DNA of 50,739 bases from a virus (Duplodnaviria; Caudoviricetes): the IMG/VR virus record IMGVR_UViG_3300034065_000046, positions 1 to 50,739 of that record. One strand, given 5' to 3'. The position numbers were made by a program, and so were the translations under genes. How positions within the stretch are numbered: position 1 is the stretch's first letter; every line of letters starts with the position of its first letter. The notes below the pieces were generated by a model that had not been told where the DNA came from, did no database searches, and was given only the letters and a program-made list of their open reading frames with translations. Shown piece by piece: positions 28,468-37,842 of the stretch.

Positions 28468-29354
28468 TGATTGACATAGTAGCAAAATTAAATGACTTTG
28501 GGTTAAAAGTAAATAGCTTAAGACAAACTGGTAAATGGGTTAGAGTAGCAACAGTTGATAAACCTAGCAAACGAAATGGTGCATATGTATGTAATGATAA
28601 AATTTGTAGTTGGCGCAATTGGGCTACTTCTGATGCTGGTTGGTTTTTTTTAGAGGATTCAAAGCCATTAACTGATGCAGAAAAAGCTGATTATGTATCT
28701 AAACGTGTTGCAGCAGAAGAATTACATAAAAAATATCAGATTGAAGATTATCGCAATCGGTTAGCGATAATTGATAAAACATATCGAGAGCTTGCACCTA
28801 TAGCGACTACACATGAATATTTAAAACGAAAACAATCTATATTGCAGAATGATTTTAAAATTGATTTTCAGGGTAGGTTAGTAATTCCAATGTATAACAT
28901 CATGAATATGTTGGTAGGTTATCAATATATTGCTACTGATGGTAGTAAATTATTCAAAACCGGAACAATCGCTAAAGGTGCATTTTATGCAATTAAACCC
29001 GTAAATTGTGATATTAAAGACCTTGACTTAATATTTTTAGCTGAGGGGTATTGCACATCAAGTAGTATCTATCAATCTTTAAATGAAGAATATGATAGCA
29101 TTAATTATGGAGTATTAGCTTGCTTTAGTGCTGGGAATATAGAATCAGTTGAAAGTGCTATTAATACGAAAATAGGTAGAAAATCAATTATTGCTATTAA
29201 AGACCAAGACAAAGCAGGTATTGAAGTCAAAACCAAAGGATTTACTGTAGGGTTTAATTCAGGTCAAGACGCTAACGATATTTATTGTGAATTTGGGACA
29301 AATACATTACGTGATATTTTAATTGACAAAATAAGAGGATTTAAAAATGTTTAA
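28467..29354 (+). CDS. DNA primase (TOPRIM)
   Basis: HEYLKRK, LVIPM, QYI..DGSK.F, AEGY, DQD. Confidence 0.8.
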   Translation: MIDIVAKLNDFGLKVNSLRQTGKWVRVATVDKPSKRNGAYVCNDKICSWRNWATSDAGWFFLEDSKPLTDAEKADYVSKRVAAEELHKKYQIEDYRNRLAIIDKTYRELAPIATTHEYLKRKQSILQNDFKIDFQGRLVIPMYNIMNMLVGYQYIATDGSKLFKTGTIAKGAFYAIKPVNCDIKDLDLIFLAEGYCTSSSIYQSLNEEYDSINYGVLACFSAGNIESVESAINTKIGRKSIIAIKDQDKAGIEVKTKGFTVGFNSGQDANDIYCEFGTNTLRDILIDKIRGFKNV

Positions 29355-29871
29355 AATTCGTAAATTATCAGAGCTTAATAAATTACCCAACAATCCACGT
29401 ACAATACAAACCGAAGATTTTAAAAGATTATGCACCTCAATCAAAGATAATCCAGATTATTTCAAGGCTAGACCCTTAATTCTCAGCAATAGAACAGGTC
29501 AGTTAGTAATTATAGCTGGTAATCAACGTTACGAAGCCGCTAAGAGCTTGAAACTACCCAGCGTACCCACTTACCTATTAGAGGGGTTAAATGAGGACAG
29601 AGAGCGTGAAATCGTTATTCGAGATAATATTTCTAATGGTGAATGGGATTATGAGTTATTAGCCAATGAATGGGATACTGAATTGCTAACTGAATGGGGT
29701 ATGGAATTACCTAAAACAGATTGGCAACCGGAAGTTGAGGAAAATACAAATACTGACAATGTTAAATCAAAAATAACTATAACATGCTCACCATTGGATT
29801 TACAAGATATATTAGATTTTATTCAGGTTCAGATTAAAAGTCGTGGATATATAGGTGTAGAAATAAAATAA
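29347..29871 (+). CDS. ParB/Sulfiredoxin-like domain protein
   Basis: NNPR, IIAGNQRYEA, DN..GEWD. Confidence 0.8.
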   Translation: MFKIRKLSELNKLPNNPRTIQTEDFKRLCTSIKDNPDYFKARPLILSNRTGQLVIIAGNQRYEAAKSLKLPSVPTYLLEGLNEDREREIVIRDNISNGEWDYELLANEWDTELLTEWGMELPKTDWQPEVEENTNTDNVKSKITITCSPLDLQDILDFIQVQIKSRGYIGVEIK

Positions 29872-29884
29872 ATGCAAATAAATG

Positions 29885-29913
29885 TTGCAAATAATAATTA
29901 GATAAGATACAAT
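29885..29913 (+). promoter_or_regulatory. Sigma70-type promoter overlapped by a TGCAA-N7-TTGCA operator (29873-29889)
   Basis: TTGCAA-N17-TACAAT. Confidence 0.7.
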
Positions 29914-29916
29914 ACT

Positions 29917-30018
29917 GGAAGTTGAACCGAGTGTGCGCACGTGAATGCCTAAACTCGGGGTTACTCCGACTAAGCTCTTAACAAACTATTTCACGGTAGA
30001 ATGTTTAAGAGCTTTTTT
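29917..30018 (+). ncRNA. Kissing-loop leader/terminator element B
   Basis: Loop CGTGAA (29940-45) is complementary to terminator loop TTCACG (29990-95); 10-bp perfect terminator stem plus T tract. Confidence 0.65.
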
Positions 30019-30031
30019 ATTTGGTGATACA

Positions 30032-31399
30032 ATGGAATATACAGATTTTATTAAAAGTAAGCAACATAGCCTAGGTGAGTGTGGTTTTAAAGCAACATAT
30101 TACCCTGAATTTGCTTTTGATTTTCAAAAACATATAATTGAAAAATCAGTTGCAAAAGGTAGAATAGGTATATTTGCAGATACAGGATTAGGTAAAACGC
30201 TTATTCAATTATCAATTGCTTACAACATTATCAAACAAACAAATAAACGGGTTCTAATCTTAACTCCTTTAGCTGTAGCATTTCAGTTTATATTAGAAGC
30301 TGAAAATATAGGTATTGATGATATTGAATATTCCAAAGAGGGTAATTTTACAAAAAACATAGTGATATGTAATTACGAAAGGTTACATTATTTTAATCCT
30401 GTTGATTTTGTTGGTGTAATACTTGATGAGTCTAGCATTTTAAAAAACTTCAATGGTCAGATTAAAAGTCAGATAACTACATTTGTTAAGAAAATACCTT
30501 ATAGGTTTTTATCTAGTGCTACCCCATCACCAAATGACTTTATTGAGCTAGGAACAAGCTCAGAAGCTCTTGGGTATATGGGTTATATGGATATGCTTAC
30601 CAAGTTTTTTAAAAGCACTCAAAACAGTGTTGATAGCAATAATCGTAATATTGGAGAAAAGTTTTATCTAAAACCACATGCAGAAAATGATTTTTTTGCT
30701 TGGGTTAATCAATGGTCAATAATGATTAAAAATCCGTCTGATTTGGGTTTTTGTGATGATGCATATATATTGCCGGAATTAATAATAAATAAACACACTG
30801 TGATTAATAATGATTTATTAGAGATTAATGGTCAATTTAATTTATTTGCATTGCCAGCTAAAAGTATGACAGAGGTTAGGGATGAGCAAGCTAAAACAGT
30901 TGGTGCAAGATGTGAACAAGCTATTAAATTAGCAAATAAGCAAACTTCGGTATATTGGTGTAATTTGAATGATGAAAGTTCACTACTCGCTGAATTAGAT
31001 AATGATGCAGTAGAAATTAGAGGTAGTATGTCAATTGAAAAAAAAGAGGACATATTAGTAAATTTTGCACAAGGTAATATCAAGAGAATTATAACTAAAG
31101 CACGTATGACTGGAATGGGGTTAAATTGGCAACATTGTAATCATTCAGTATTTTTCCCAACTTGGAGCTATGAGCAATATTACCAAGCTATTCGTAGATT
31201 CTGGAGGTTTGGTCAAAAAAGTAATGTAACTATTGATATGGTAATTTCAGAGGGTCAAACAAGGGTAATAGAAGCATTAGAGCAAAAAACCCAAAAAGCA
31301 ATAGAGCTATACGAAAATCTAGTTTTAAATGTTAATCGGCGAGTGGATTTAAGCACTAAAGAATTTAATCAACCTATGCAATTACCTAATTTTATTTAA
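30032..31399 (+). CDS. SF2 (SNF2-like) helicase
   Basis: DTGLGKT, LDES, SATP, GMGLNWQ, QAIRRFWRFGQ; GGTGA RBS before ATG 30032. Confidence 0.88.
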   Translation: MEYTDFIKSKQHSLGECGFKATYYPEFAFDFQKHIIEKSVAKGRIGIFADTGLGKTLIQLSIAYNIIKQTNKRVLILTPLAVAFQFILEAENIGIDDIEYSKEGNFTKNIVICNYERLHYFNPVDFVGVILDESSILKNFNGQIKSQITTFVKKIPYRFLSSATPSPNDFIELGTSSEALGYMGYMDMLTKFFKSTQNSVDSNNRNIGEKFYLKPHAENDFFAWVNQWSIMIKNPSDLGFCDDAYILPELIINKHTVINNDLLEINGQFNLFALPAKSMTEVRDEQAKTVGARCEQAIKLANKQTSVYWCNLNDESSLLAELDNDAVEIRGSMSIEKKEDILVNFAQGNIKRIITKARMTGMGLNWQHCNHSVFFPTWSYEQYYQAIRRFWRFGQKSNVTIDMVISEGQTRVIEALEQKTQKAIELYENLVLNVNRRVDLSTKEFNQPMQLPNFI

Positions 31400-31409
31400 G
31401 GAAAATATA

Positions 31410-32435
31410 ATGATAAAAGAACAAGTTATAACAGACAAGTATAGTATTTACAATGCTGATTGCTTTGATGTGGTTACACACTTACCAGACGAATCAATTG
31501 ATTTGGTTATTTATTCCCCACCTTTTGCGGGATTGTTTAATTACAGTTCATCACCTAAAGATATGTCAAATTGTGAAACTAAGGAGCAATTTTTAGAACA
31601 TTATGATTATTTGGTTAAGCAATTAGCTAGAGTTACAAAGTCCGGTCGCATTAATGCAGTACATTGTACCGATGTATTTGATAATACTTGCCGATTATGG
31701 GATTTTCCACATGAGATTATACAGATACATTTGAAGTATGGATTTGAATACCGGAATCGGATTACAATTTGGAAAGAACCGCTTAAAGTTCGTATGCGTA
31801 CAATGGTGCAATCATTAATGCATAAATTCATAGTTGAGGATAGCACTAAGTGTTTTACAGCGATGCCGGATTATATTTTAATCTTTACTAAAAAAGGTGA
31901 AAACGCTGTTCCTGTAACACATGAACATGGATTTAAGCGATATGCTGGGGATACTCCAATTTTACCAAATATATTACGGGCGTTTAATAATGCCAATGAA
32001 ACTAATTTTGGTGAAGATGAATTGTGGGAATATTTACAAAATAACTTTTACGATAGCACCGACCCACGAAGTAATAAGCTAAGTCATTATATATGGCAGC
32101 GGTATGCTAGTTCTGTATGGGATGACATTAGAATTGATAATGTATTACCATTTAGAGATAGCAAAGAGGAAGATGATGAAAAACACGTACACCCTCTACA
32201 GTTAGACGTAATAGACCGCTTAGTTGATTTATATAGCAATCCTAATGAAGTTGTGCTAACCCCATTTATGGGAGTGGGTAGCGAGGTTTATAGTCCTGTA
32301 TCAATGGGTCGTAAGGGTATCGGTATTGAATTGAAAGACAGCTATTTTAAACAATCAAAAATTAACTTATCTATGGTAGAATCCAGATTTACGGATGAGT
32401 TGGTACAAAATAAATTGTTTACGGATATAGAATAA
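31410..32435 (+). CDS. Amino DNA methyltransferase (N4-C/N6-A, beta-class motif order)
   Basis: Catalytic SPPF precedes SAM-binding TPFMGVGS; GIGIELK. Confidence 0.9.
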   Translation: MIKEQVITDKYSIYNADCFDVVTHLPDESIDLVIYSPPFAGLFNYSSSPKDMSNCETKEQFLEHYDYLVKQLARVTKSGRINAVHCTDVFDNTCRLWDFPHEIIQIHLKYGFEYRNRITIWKEPLKVRMRTMVQSLMHKFIVEDSTKCFTAMPDYILIFTKKGENAVPVTHEHGFKRYAGDTPILPNILRAFNNANETNFGEDELWEYLQNNFYDSTDPRSNKLSHYIWQRYASSVWDDIRIDNVLPFRDSKEEDDEKHVHPLQLDVIDRLVDLYSNPNEVVLTPFMGVGSEVYSPVSMGRKGIGIELKDSYFKQSKINLSMVESRFTDELVQNKLFTDIE

Positions 32436-32683
32436 TGGATAAATTGTTTATTAATCAGTTGATTGACTCTCATTTGGATGTTGTAACCAAGACTAGGAGT
32501 TATGAGAATTGTGCTAATCCTAAAGCTGTATTGCAAATTCGTAATGGGCTTATTGTAGGTGAGTATCCAAGTTTAAGCAAAGCAGCAAAAGAAACGGGAA
32601 TATGTATTTCCTCAATATCAAAATGCATAAGAAAATATACATTTTACAAGAATACAGGCGATTGTAGCTGGAAACTAAAGTAA
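32435..32683 (+). CDS. Stand-alone NUMOD1-domain protein
   Basis: KAVLQ...EYPSLSKAAKETGI..SSISKC. Confidence 0.7.
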   Translation: MDKLFINQLIDSHLDVVTKTRSYENCANPKAVLQIRNGLIVGEYPSLSKAAKETGICISSISKCIRKYTFYKNTGDCSWKLK

Positions 32684-32686
32684 ATG

Positions 32687-32715
32687 TTGCAATAATATAT
32701 TGCATATGCTACAAT
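32687..32715 (+). promoter_or_regulatory. Sigma70-type promoter overlapped by a TGCAA-N7-TTGCA operator (32688-32704)
   Basis: TTGCAA-N17-TACAAT with TGn. Confidence 0.7.
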
Positions 32716-32754
32716 AGCGCAGGAACATAAAACTAACCATTTCAAGGAAATACC

Positions 32755-33060
32755 ATGTCAGACCATAAAGCGCACATTCAAGAAGTAACACAAAACACCG
32801 TGCCACCACAAAATAAAGACTACTCCAGAGAAAAAGAGGGTAAGAAAGCCGAAGTATTACGAAATATGAAAACATTTTTAGAGTGTAATCTATTAGTAGC
32901 TAATTTTAATCAGATATTAGCTGCTCAAAATTTACAGTTTGCAGTAAACCATTCATTACTACCGGAGGGGTTTGTAATTATGACCATGCAGCCACCAGTT
33001 GTCCCAGTGGCGCAAGATACAACTGCACCAGAAGTTGATGCACAAACGGTAACTGCGTAG
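32755..33060 (+). CDS. Hypothetical protein
   Basis: AAGGA RBS downstream of the promoter. Confidence 0.65.
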   Translation: MSDHKAHIQEVTQNTVPPQNKDYSREKEGKKAEVLRNMKTFLECNLLVANFNQILAAQNLQFAVNHSLLPEGFVIMTMQPPVVPVAQDTTAPEVDAQTVTA

Positions 33061-33062
33061 TT

Positions 33063-33320
33063 ATGCAACCTCACATAAAAGCATACTTCAAGTATTACAA
33101 TTATAAATTGCAGTCTGATATATTATGTGAGGTATGTAACTCCCCTGCTGTCGATATCCACCATATAGAGGGTAGAATGAAACACAACCCAGAGCTTAAT
33201 AAGGTAGAGAACCTTATCGGCTTATGTAGAGCCTGCCATTCAGCCGCACACGCTAGTAAACTCACGAAAGAGTATCTCCAAGATATACACGAAACAAATA
33301 TGGATGCATATAATGGATAA
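33063..33320 (+). CDS. Small HNH endonuclease (packaging-associated type)
   Basis: CEVC...DIHHI...NLIGLCRACH. Confidence 0.85.
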   Translation: MQPHIKAYFKYYNYKLQSDILCEVCNSPAVDIHHIEGRMKHNPELNKVENLIGLCRACHSAAHASKLTKEYLQDIHETNMDAYNG

Positions 33321-33492
33321 AAATGTAAAGCGTATCATAATGAGTCCATATGATTTAAAGGTATGGTTAAAGTTAGGTTATGCCGAAGAATATGAACGTG
33401 GAAAGTTTAGAATAGTGTCGATGAATAAAACAACCGGCAAGTTAGAAACTACTGATATAAAATACGTAGGTAAACTTAAGGATTTAAAATAA
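33313..33492 (+). CDS. Small hypothetical protein
   Basis: Overlaps the HNH stop. Confidence 0.5.
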   Translation: MDKNVKRIIMSPYDLKVWLKLGYAEEYERGKFRIVSMNKTTGKLETTDIKYVGKLKDLK

Positions 33493-33504
33493 TGGCAGCG
33501 CATA

Positions 33505-33675
33505 ATGGATAATAAGGAATTAGGACAAATGGTAGCACATCATCGTATTATGTTAAGACAAGCCATAGAGCTATTACTGAGCCTTAAACGACATGAACAG
33601 CTTAGATGGTTTAAGACAAACATCTTTATACCTGATTTTATGAAGCGTATATTATGGCGTGAGATAAATGGCTAA
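33505..33675 (+). CDS. Small hypothetical protein (56 aa)
   Basis: Fills the gap and overlaps the terS start. Confidence 0.4.
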   Translation: MDNKELGQMVAHHRIMLRQAIELLLSLKRHEQLRWFKTNIFIPDFMKRILWREING

Positions 33676-34162
33676 ACATCTAAACAGTGAGCAATGGAAA
33701 ACTATACAGGTAAAATATGAAGCGTCAAATCTTAGTAATTGTGAATTAGCTACAGAATTTGGTATATCTGAGGGTGCTATACGAAAACGTGCAAAGTACG
33801 AGCAATGGGATAAGAAAGTACGAACCGATGTAGAGCAAACCATTACAGCTCTAACGAATCTTGGTACGAGTACAAAAAAATACGAGCCGCAACAGACGAC
33901 TGTGCTAAAATCCATTATATCAGAGCGATTAGATGACCTACGGTTATTCAGTGAAACAACCAGTATGGTACTTAAGGCACAGCGTAACTTAGCGGTAAAT
34001 ACGATTAATAAGCTGGCAAAGGGTGAATTACTGGAACATCAAGGCGCAGCGATATTTAAAATGCAGGGTATGACAGTACCGGAATTAGCCAAACTTAAGG
34101 GCGTAGAGAGTACAGCAGGCGAAACACAGGATAATATGGTAACCATTGTATTCGAGGATTAA
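33668..34162 (+). CDS. terS: Terminase small subunit
   Basis: W..I..KYE...ELA..FGISEGAIRKRAK...W HTH; C-terminal beta strand VTIVFED. Confidence 0.7.
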   Translation: MAKHLNSEQWKTIQVKYEASNLSNCELATEFGISEGAIRKRAKYEQWDKKVRTDVEQTITALTNLGTSTKKYEPQQTTVLKSIISERLDDLRLFSETTSMVLKAQRNLAVNTINKLAKGELLEHQGAAIFKMQGMTVPELAKLKGVESTAGETQDNMVTIVFED

Positions 34163-34609
34163 ATGATAACCAAACTACCAAATATACTATTGATGTCGCA
34201 CTTCGAGATGGATAAACTCAAGGGTAACGGATTTATCGTTATGACATTTGAGGGTAGACCGAATGAGCCGGTAACGGTCAATAATATAGTTGAGATAGAC
34301 TTTATGGATTCAGGCGGTAGTTTTTACTCCGTAAGACAGCAGATACCGATAGTCAATAAGATTGGCACGATTATAAACAAGCACAGGATTATAGAGCAAT
34401 ACCAGTTTAACTTAACTGGATTAGCCAAGCAGGGATTTAAGGTAGTCTTGCGTAAAAACCAGTCTGGTAATAAGCGCAAGAGATTAAAACGAAACAATGG
34501 AGCACCGTGTTCTGACTCTTCGATGAGCAACGGTTTAAAACGTGAACAGGCGCACCACCAATCTATAATGGCATTATCAGGGATTATTTCAGGAGAGCTA
34601 TGCTTATGA
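34163..34609 (+). CDS. Hypothetical protein
   Basis: Operon-coupled ORF. Confidence 0.55.
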   Translation: MITKLPNILLMSHFEMDKLKGNGFIVMTFEGRPNEPVTVNNIVEIDFMDSGGSFYSVRQQIPIVNKIGTIINKHRIIEQYQFNLTGLAKQGFKVVLRKNQSGNKRKRLKRNNGAPCSDSSMSNGLKREQAHHQSIMALSGIISGELCL

Positions 34610-34806
34610 AAAACTTATTCATTATTGATGACAATGGTGTATTTGATATGGATGATATCAGGAGTGTAACAATTCATGAAGATACTATTGTAATAAGGTA
34701 TAATGACGAAGAATCCGAAACTGATTTTGTACGTTATAGTTCAAATGAAGCTGCGGAAAAATCGATGAAAGATATAATTAAACTATTTTTAAAGGGAACA
34801 AAATGA
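34600..34806 (+). CDS. Hypothetical protein
   Basis: AGGAG RBS. Confidence 0.6.
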   Translation: MLMKNLFIIDDNGVFDMDDIRSVTIHEDTIVIRYNDEESETDFVRYSSNEAAEKSMKDIIKLFLKGTK

Positions 34807-35090
34807 TACTATTTAATGATAAAACTACTATTGCCGGTACAACCATTGCAAATGCATTGGCATTTATTGGTAACACTGATATTGATGGCTCACGTACATT
34901 AATGAGCGGCAGAATCAATGTCAGCTTAGAAAGTAATCTACCGGATTATACGCGTTATGGTTTTATGGACTTCGTAAACGTACCGTATGACCCCACATTG
35001 ACCACTTCACCAGCAGCGCAGGCTTATGCATGGCTAATGGCTAATGATACCCGATTCACTGGCGGCACTCAATACCCAGTACCAGCTTAA
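34803..35090 (+). CDS. Hypothetical, possibly virion-associated protein
   Basis: AQAYAWL...F.GG C-terminus; composition like the structural genes. Confidence 0.5.
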   Translation: MILFNDKTTIAGTTIANALAFIGNTDIDGSRTLMSGRINVSLESNLPDYTRYGFMDFVNVPYDPTLTTSPAAQAYAWLMANDTRFTGGTQYPVPA

Positions 35091-35110
35091 TAATTTTTAG
35101 GAGAATTAAA

Positions 35111-35539
35111 ATGGCTAAGAAAGTGAAATTTAATTGCACAACATCAGTGTTGCAAATCCCAGATAATAAGTATGAAGCATATATTGCTAGTATGGCTAAG
35201 TTAGAAGAAGAAAATTACGAAGCGTTTATTCTTAAACTTAAAGCCGGTACTAAGTTTAAATTCCAGAGCGTAAAAGCTGGGGATATTATCGAAGTACCAG
35301 ACCATTACTATGAAGCTAACAAGAATCGAGTAATTAAACAGGGCGTATCATTTGACAAGTACACAGATAGGCATGGTAAACGCATACCGTTTAACACCGC
35401 TGAAGCTGTAAAGCATGGCGATATGAAAGACCCGTTGGCAGTAATGCAATCGGTTATGCTTTTTGATTTAATCGAAGGTTTAACAATCAAACCGGAAGTT
35501 AAACCAAAATCACAACAACCAGTAATGGATAGAATGTAA
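35111..35539 (+). CDS. Hypothetical protein
   Basis: AGGAG RBS, 142 aa. Confidence 0.7.
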   Translation: MAKKVKFNCTTSVLQIPDNKYEAYIASMAKLEEENYEAFILKLKAGTKFKFQSVKAGDIIEVPDHYYEANKNRVIKQGVSFDKYTDRHGKRIPFNTAEAVKHGDMKDPLAVMQSVMLFDLIEGLTIKPEVKPKSQQPVMDRM

Positions 35540-35757
35540 TGAAAAGTATATACCATGAAGAACGTAATGGTGATATAACTCCACAAAGGCTTGCGTTAAA
35601 TCTTAATAGTAAATACCCTAATAAAATTATAATTAACAGTGAAAGTCCATTGTTAGTTATAGAAAAGAAAAAGATAAGGTTAAATACTAAAACTGATTTT
35701 ATCAGGATTAAAGATGGCGTTCTTCATTTAAGGTTATCTCTACCATGCGTCAGTTAA
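35539..35757 (+). CDS. Hypothetical protein
   Basis: TAATG coupling. Confidence 0.5.
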   Translation: MKSIYHEERNGDITPQRLALNLNSKYPNKIIINSESPLLVIEKKKIRLNTKTDFIRIKDGVLHLRLSLPCVS

Positions 35758-36266
35758 TAATTGACACTGAAACTACCGGATTCAGTCGCAGTGCGGGTGA
35801 TAGAATGGTAGAATTTTGCGCTTTGGAGATGATAGATAGGCGGCTTACTGGCAATAAGCTGCATTTGTATTTTAATCCAGAGCGTGAAATATCCCCAGAA
35901 GTTACAGCAATACATGGCTTGACCCTAGCCGAGTTAATCGACAAACCCAAGTTTAGCGAATGTATCGAGCAAATCAATGCATTTTGCTTTGGTTATCAAT
36001 GGGTAATACATAATGCTCCATTTGATATGCGATTTCTAAAACATGAGTATAGTTTATCAGGACATGAGCTAGTAATACCTGAAGATTATATTATAGATAC
36101 ACTACCTATAGCTAGAGCGCAGTTAAAGGGTATTAAACACGGCTTAGATGCTCTTATAGAGTATTACGGGCTTACTCCACGCCCTGCACCACATAACGCA
36201 CTGATAGACTGCGAAAGTCTTGCAGAAATATATTTAAGGCTAACCGATTGTGGAAGTCAGACGTAA
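35745..36266 (+). CDS. dnaQ: DnaQ-like DEDDh 3'-5' exonuclease (Pol III epsilon-like)
   Basis: IDTETTG, HNAPFD, IDTL, HNALID. Confidence 0.9.
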   Translation: MRQLIIDTETTGFSRSAGDRMVEFCALEMIDRRLTGNKLHLYFNPEREISPEVTAIHGLTLAELIDKPKFSECIEQINAFCFGYQWVIHNAPFDMRFLKHEYSLSGHELVIPEDYIIDTLPIARAQLKGIKHGLDALIEYYGLTPRPAPHNALIDCESLAEIYLRLTDCGSQT

Positions 36267-37842
36267 GCGGATACTTAAGCTAAAGCCTATTTATACTGCA
36301 CTGCAACGCTACATTGTATTATGGGGCGGTCGTGGTGGCGGTAAGAGTTTTGAAGTAGCCCGATGCATTATCATACGTTTAATCCAATCAGACAGACCTT
36401 TACGGGTACTATGCTGCCGAGAAATACAAAAATCAATTAAAGAATCAGTACATGCCCTACTTGTAGCGGTAATCTATGACCTCAATGTTCAAGCCTATTT
36501 CGATATTACCAATAATGCCATCAAGACTAAAAAGCGATATAACGGTAAGCACCCATCAGAGATATTTTTCGAGGGCTTACACAATAACATTTATGAAATC
36601 AAATCATTAGCGTTTATAAACTTATGCTGGGTAGAGGAAGCTGGAAATGTCAGTCAAGAGAGTTGGGATATTTTACTGCCGACTATTCGTGAAGAGTGTA
36701 GCCAAGTAATAATCACATTTAACCCTACTGAAGAAACTGCGCCTACATATCAAATGTTTGTAATTGCCGATATGCCGGAAGAAGAACGGTTACTAATAAA
36801 TGTAAACTTCTGGGATAATCCATATATGAGCCAGACCCTATATAGGGAGATGGAGCGTATGAAACGGACTGACTATGAGCGTTATCTGCATTATTGGGAG
36901 GGTAAACCACTCCGGTTATCAAATGCGGCTATCTTTAAAGATAAGTTTGTAGTCAGACCTATAGAGATAACCAGCTTATGTAATATTGACTATATTGATA
37001 ATATGAGAATTGATTATCACTATGGTATGGATTTTGGATTTAGTACCGACCCATTTGCTTGCCTAGAAACATTTATACATAAAGGTAAGATATATATTAC
37101 CAAAGAATTGTATCATCATGGCTTAGAAAATACAGATATAGTACCATCGCTAAAACTTATCATGCCTGATATGGTAGATAAAAGGCGTAAAGTATATGCC
37201 GATGGTAGTAGTCCATCTACGATTAGCCAATTAGCCAAACCACAATTACACCCCAGTGGTTACAAAATAGAATCACTTAATATTATGCCAGCGGTAAAAG
37301 GTGCTGGAAGTGTAGAGGAAGGGATTAACTGGTTACGCAGCTTTACCGAGATAGTGGTATCACCGGAATGTACTAATACTATTTGGGAGTTAAATAACTA
37401 TAAATACGTAGTTGATAAAGTTACGGGTGTTATAATACCGAAACCAGAGGACAAGAATAATCACGCTTGTATAACAGGCGATACACTGATACATACCGAG
37501 TATGGATTAGAGCCAATAAGAGATTTAATGTACACTATTGGTAAGGCGTGGAGCTATAATATACAAACAAATAAGCGTGAATTAAACTATTACGGCAATG
37601 TAACCATTACTAATAATCATGCTCAGATATATGAAATATTACTGATAGATGGCAGAACGATAAAAGCTACCGCAGACCACCCGATTTTAACTGATAAAGG
37701 ATGGAAGCCAGTCATTGAATTGACAGAAGATGATAGTATAATACAAATTAATTGCCCTAATGCTATGGGGTATGGTAAAGTAAGGCTTTGGGGGGAATTA
37801 TGGAAAATTATCAAACGTTTAACGGTAAGAAATTCAGGCTAG
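36250..37842 (+). CDS. terL: Terminase large subunit N-extein (406 aa) fused to split intein N-fragment
   Basis: GGRGGGKS, WVEEA, FNP and GMDFG motifs, then KNNHA|CITGDTLI intein start. Confidence 0.92.
   Translation: MEVRRKRILKLKPIYTALQRYIVLWGGRGGGKSFEVARCIIIRLIQSDRPLRVLCCREIQKSIKESVHALLVAVIYDLNVQAYFDITNNAIKTKKRYNGKHPSEIFFEGLHNNIYEIKSLAFINLCWVEEAGNVSQESWDILLPTIREECSQVIITFNPTEETAPTYQMFVIADMPEEERLLINVNFWDNPYMSQTLYREMERMKRTDYERYLHYWEGKPLRLSNAAIFKDKFVVRPIEITSLCNIDYIDNMRIDYHYGMDFGFSTDPFACLETFIHKGKIYITKELYHHGLENTDIVPSLKLIMPDMVDKRRKVYADGSSPSTISQLAKPQLHPSGYKIESLNIMPAVKGAGSVEEGINWLRSFTEIVVSPECTNTIWELNNYKYVVDKVTGVIIPKPEDKNNHACITGDTLIHTEYGLEPIRDLMYTIGKAWSYNIQTNKRELNYYGNVTITNNHAQIYEILLIDGRTIKATADHPILTDKGWKPVIELTEDDSIIQINCPNAMGYGKVRLWGELWKIIKRLTVRNSG
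37468..37839 (+). mobile_element. Split intein N-fragment (IntN, 124 aa)
   Basis: Block A CITGDTLIHT; block B IKATADHPILT; GWKPV.EL. Confidence 0.9.
37752..37781 (+). promoter_or_regulatory. Candidate internal promoter for the HNH gene
   Basis: TTGCCC-N18-TAAAGT with TGn, about 18 nt before ATG 37800. Confidence 0.4.

Noticed and set aside
29945-30031. N-terminal extension of the SF2 helicase
   Set aside because: It runs through the structured leader; ATG 30032 has the RBS
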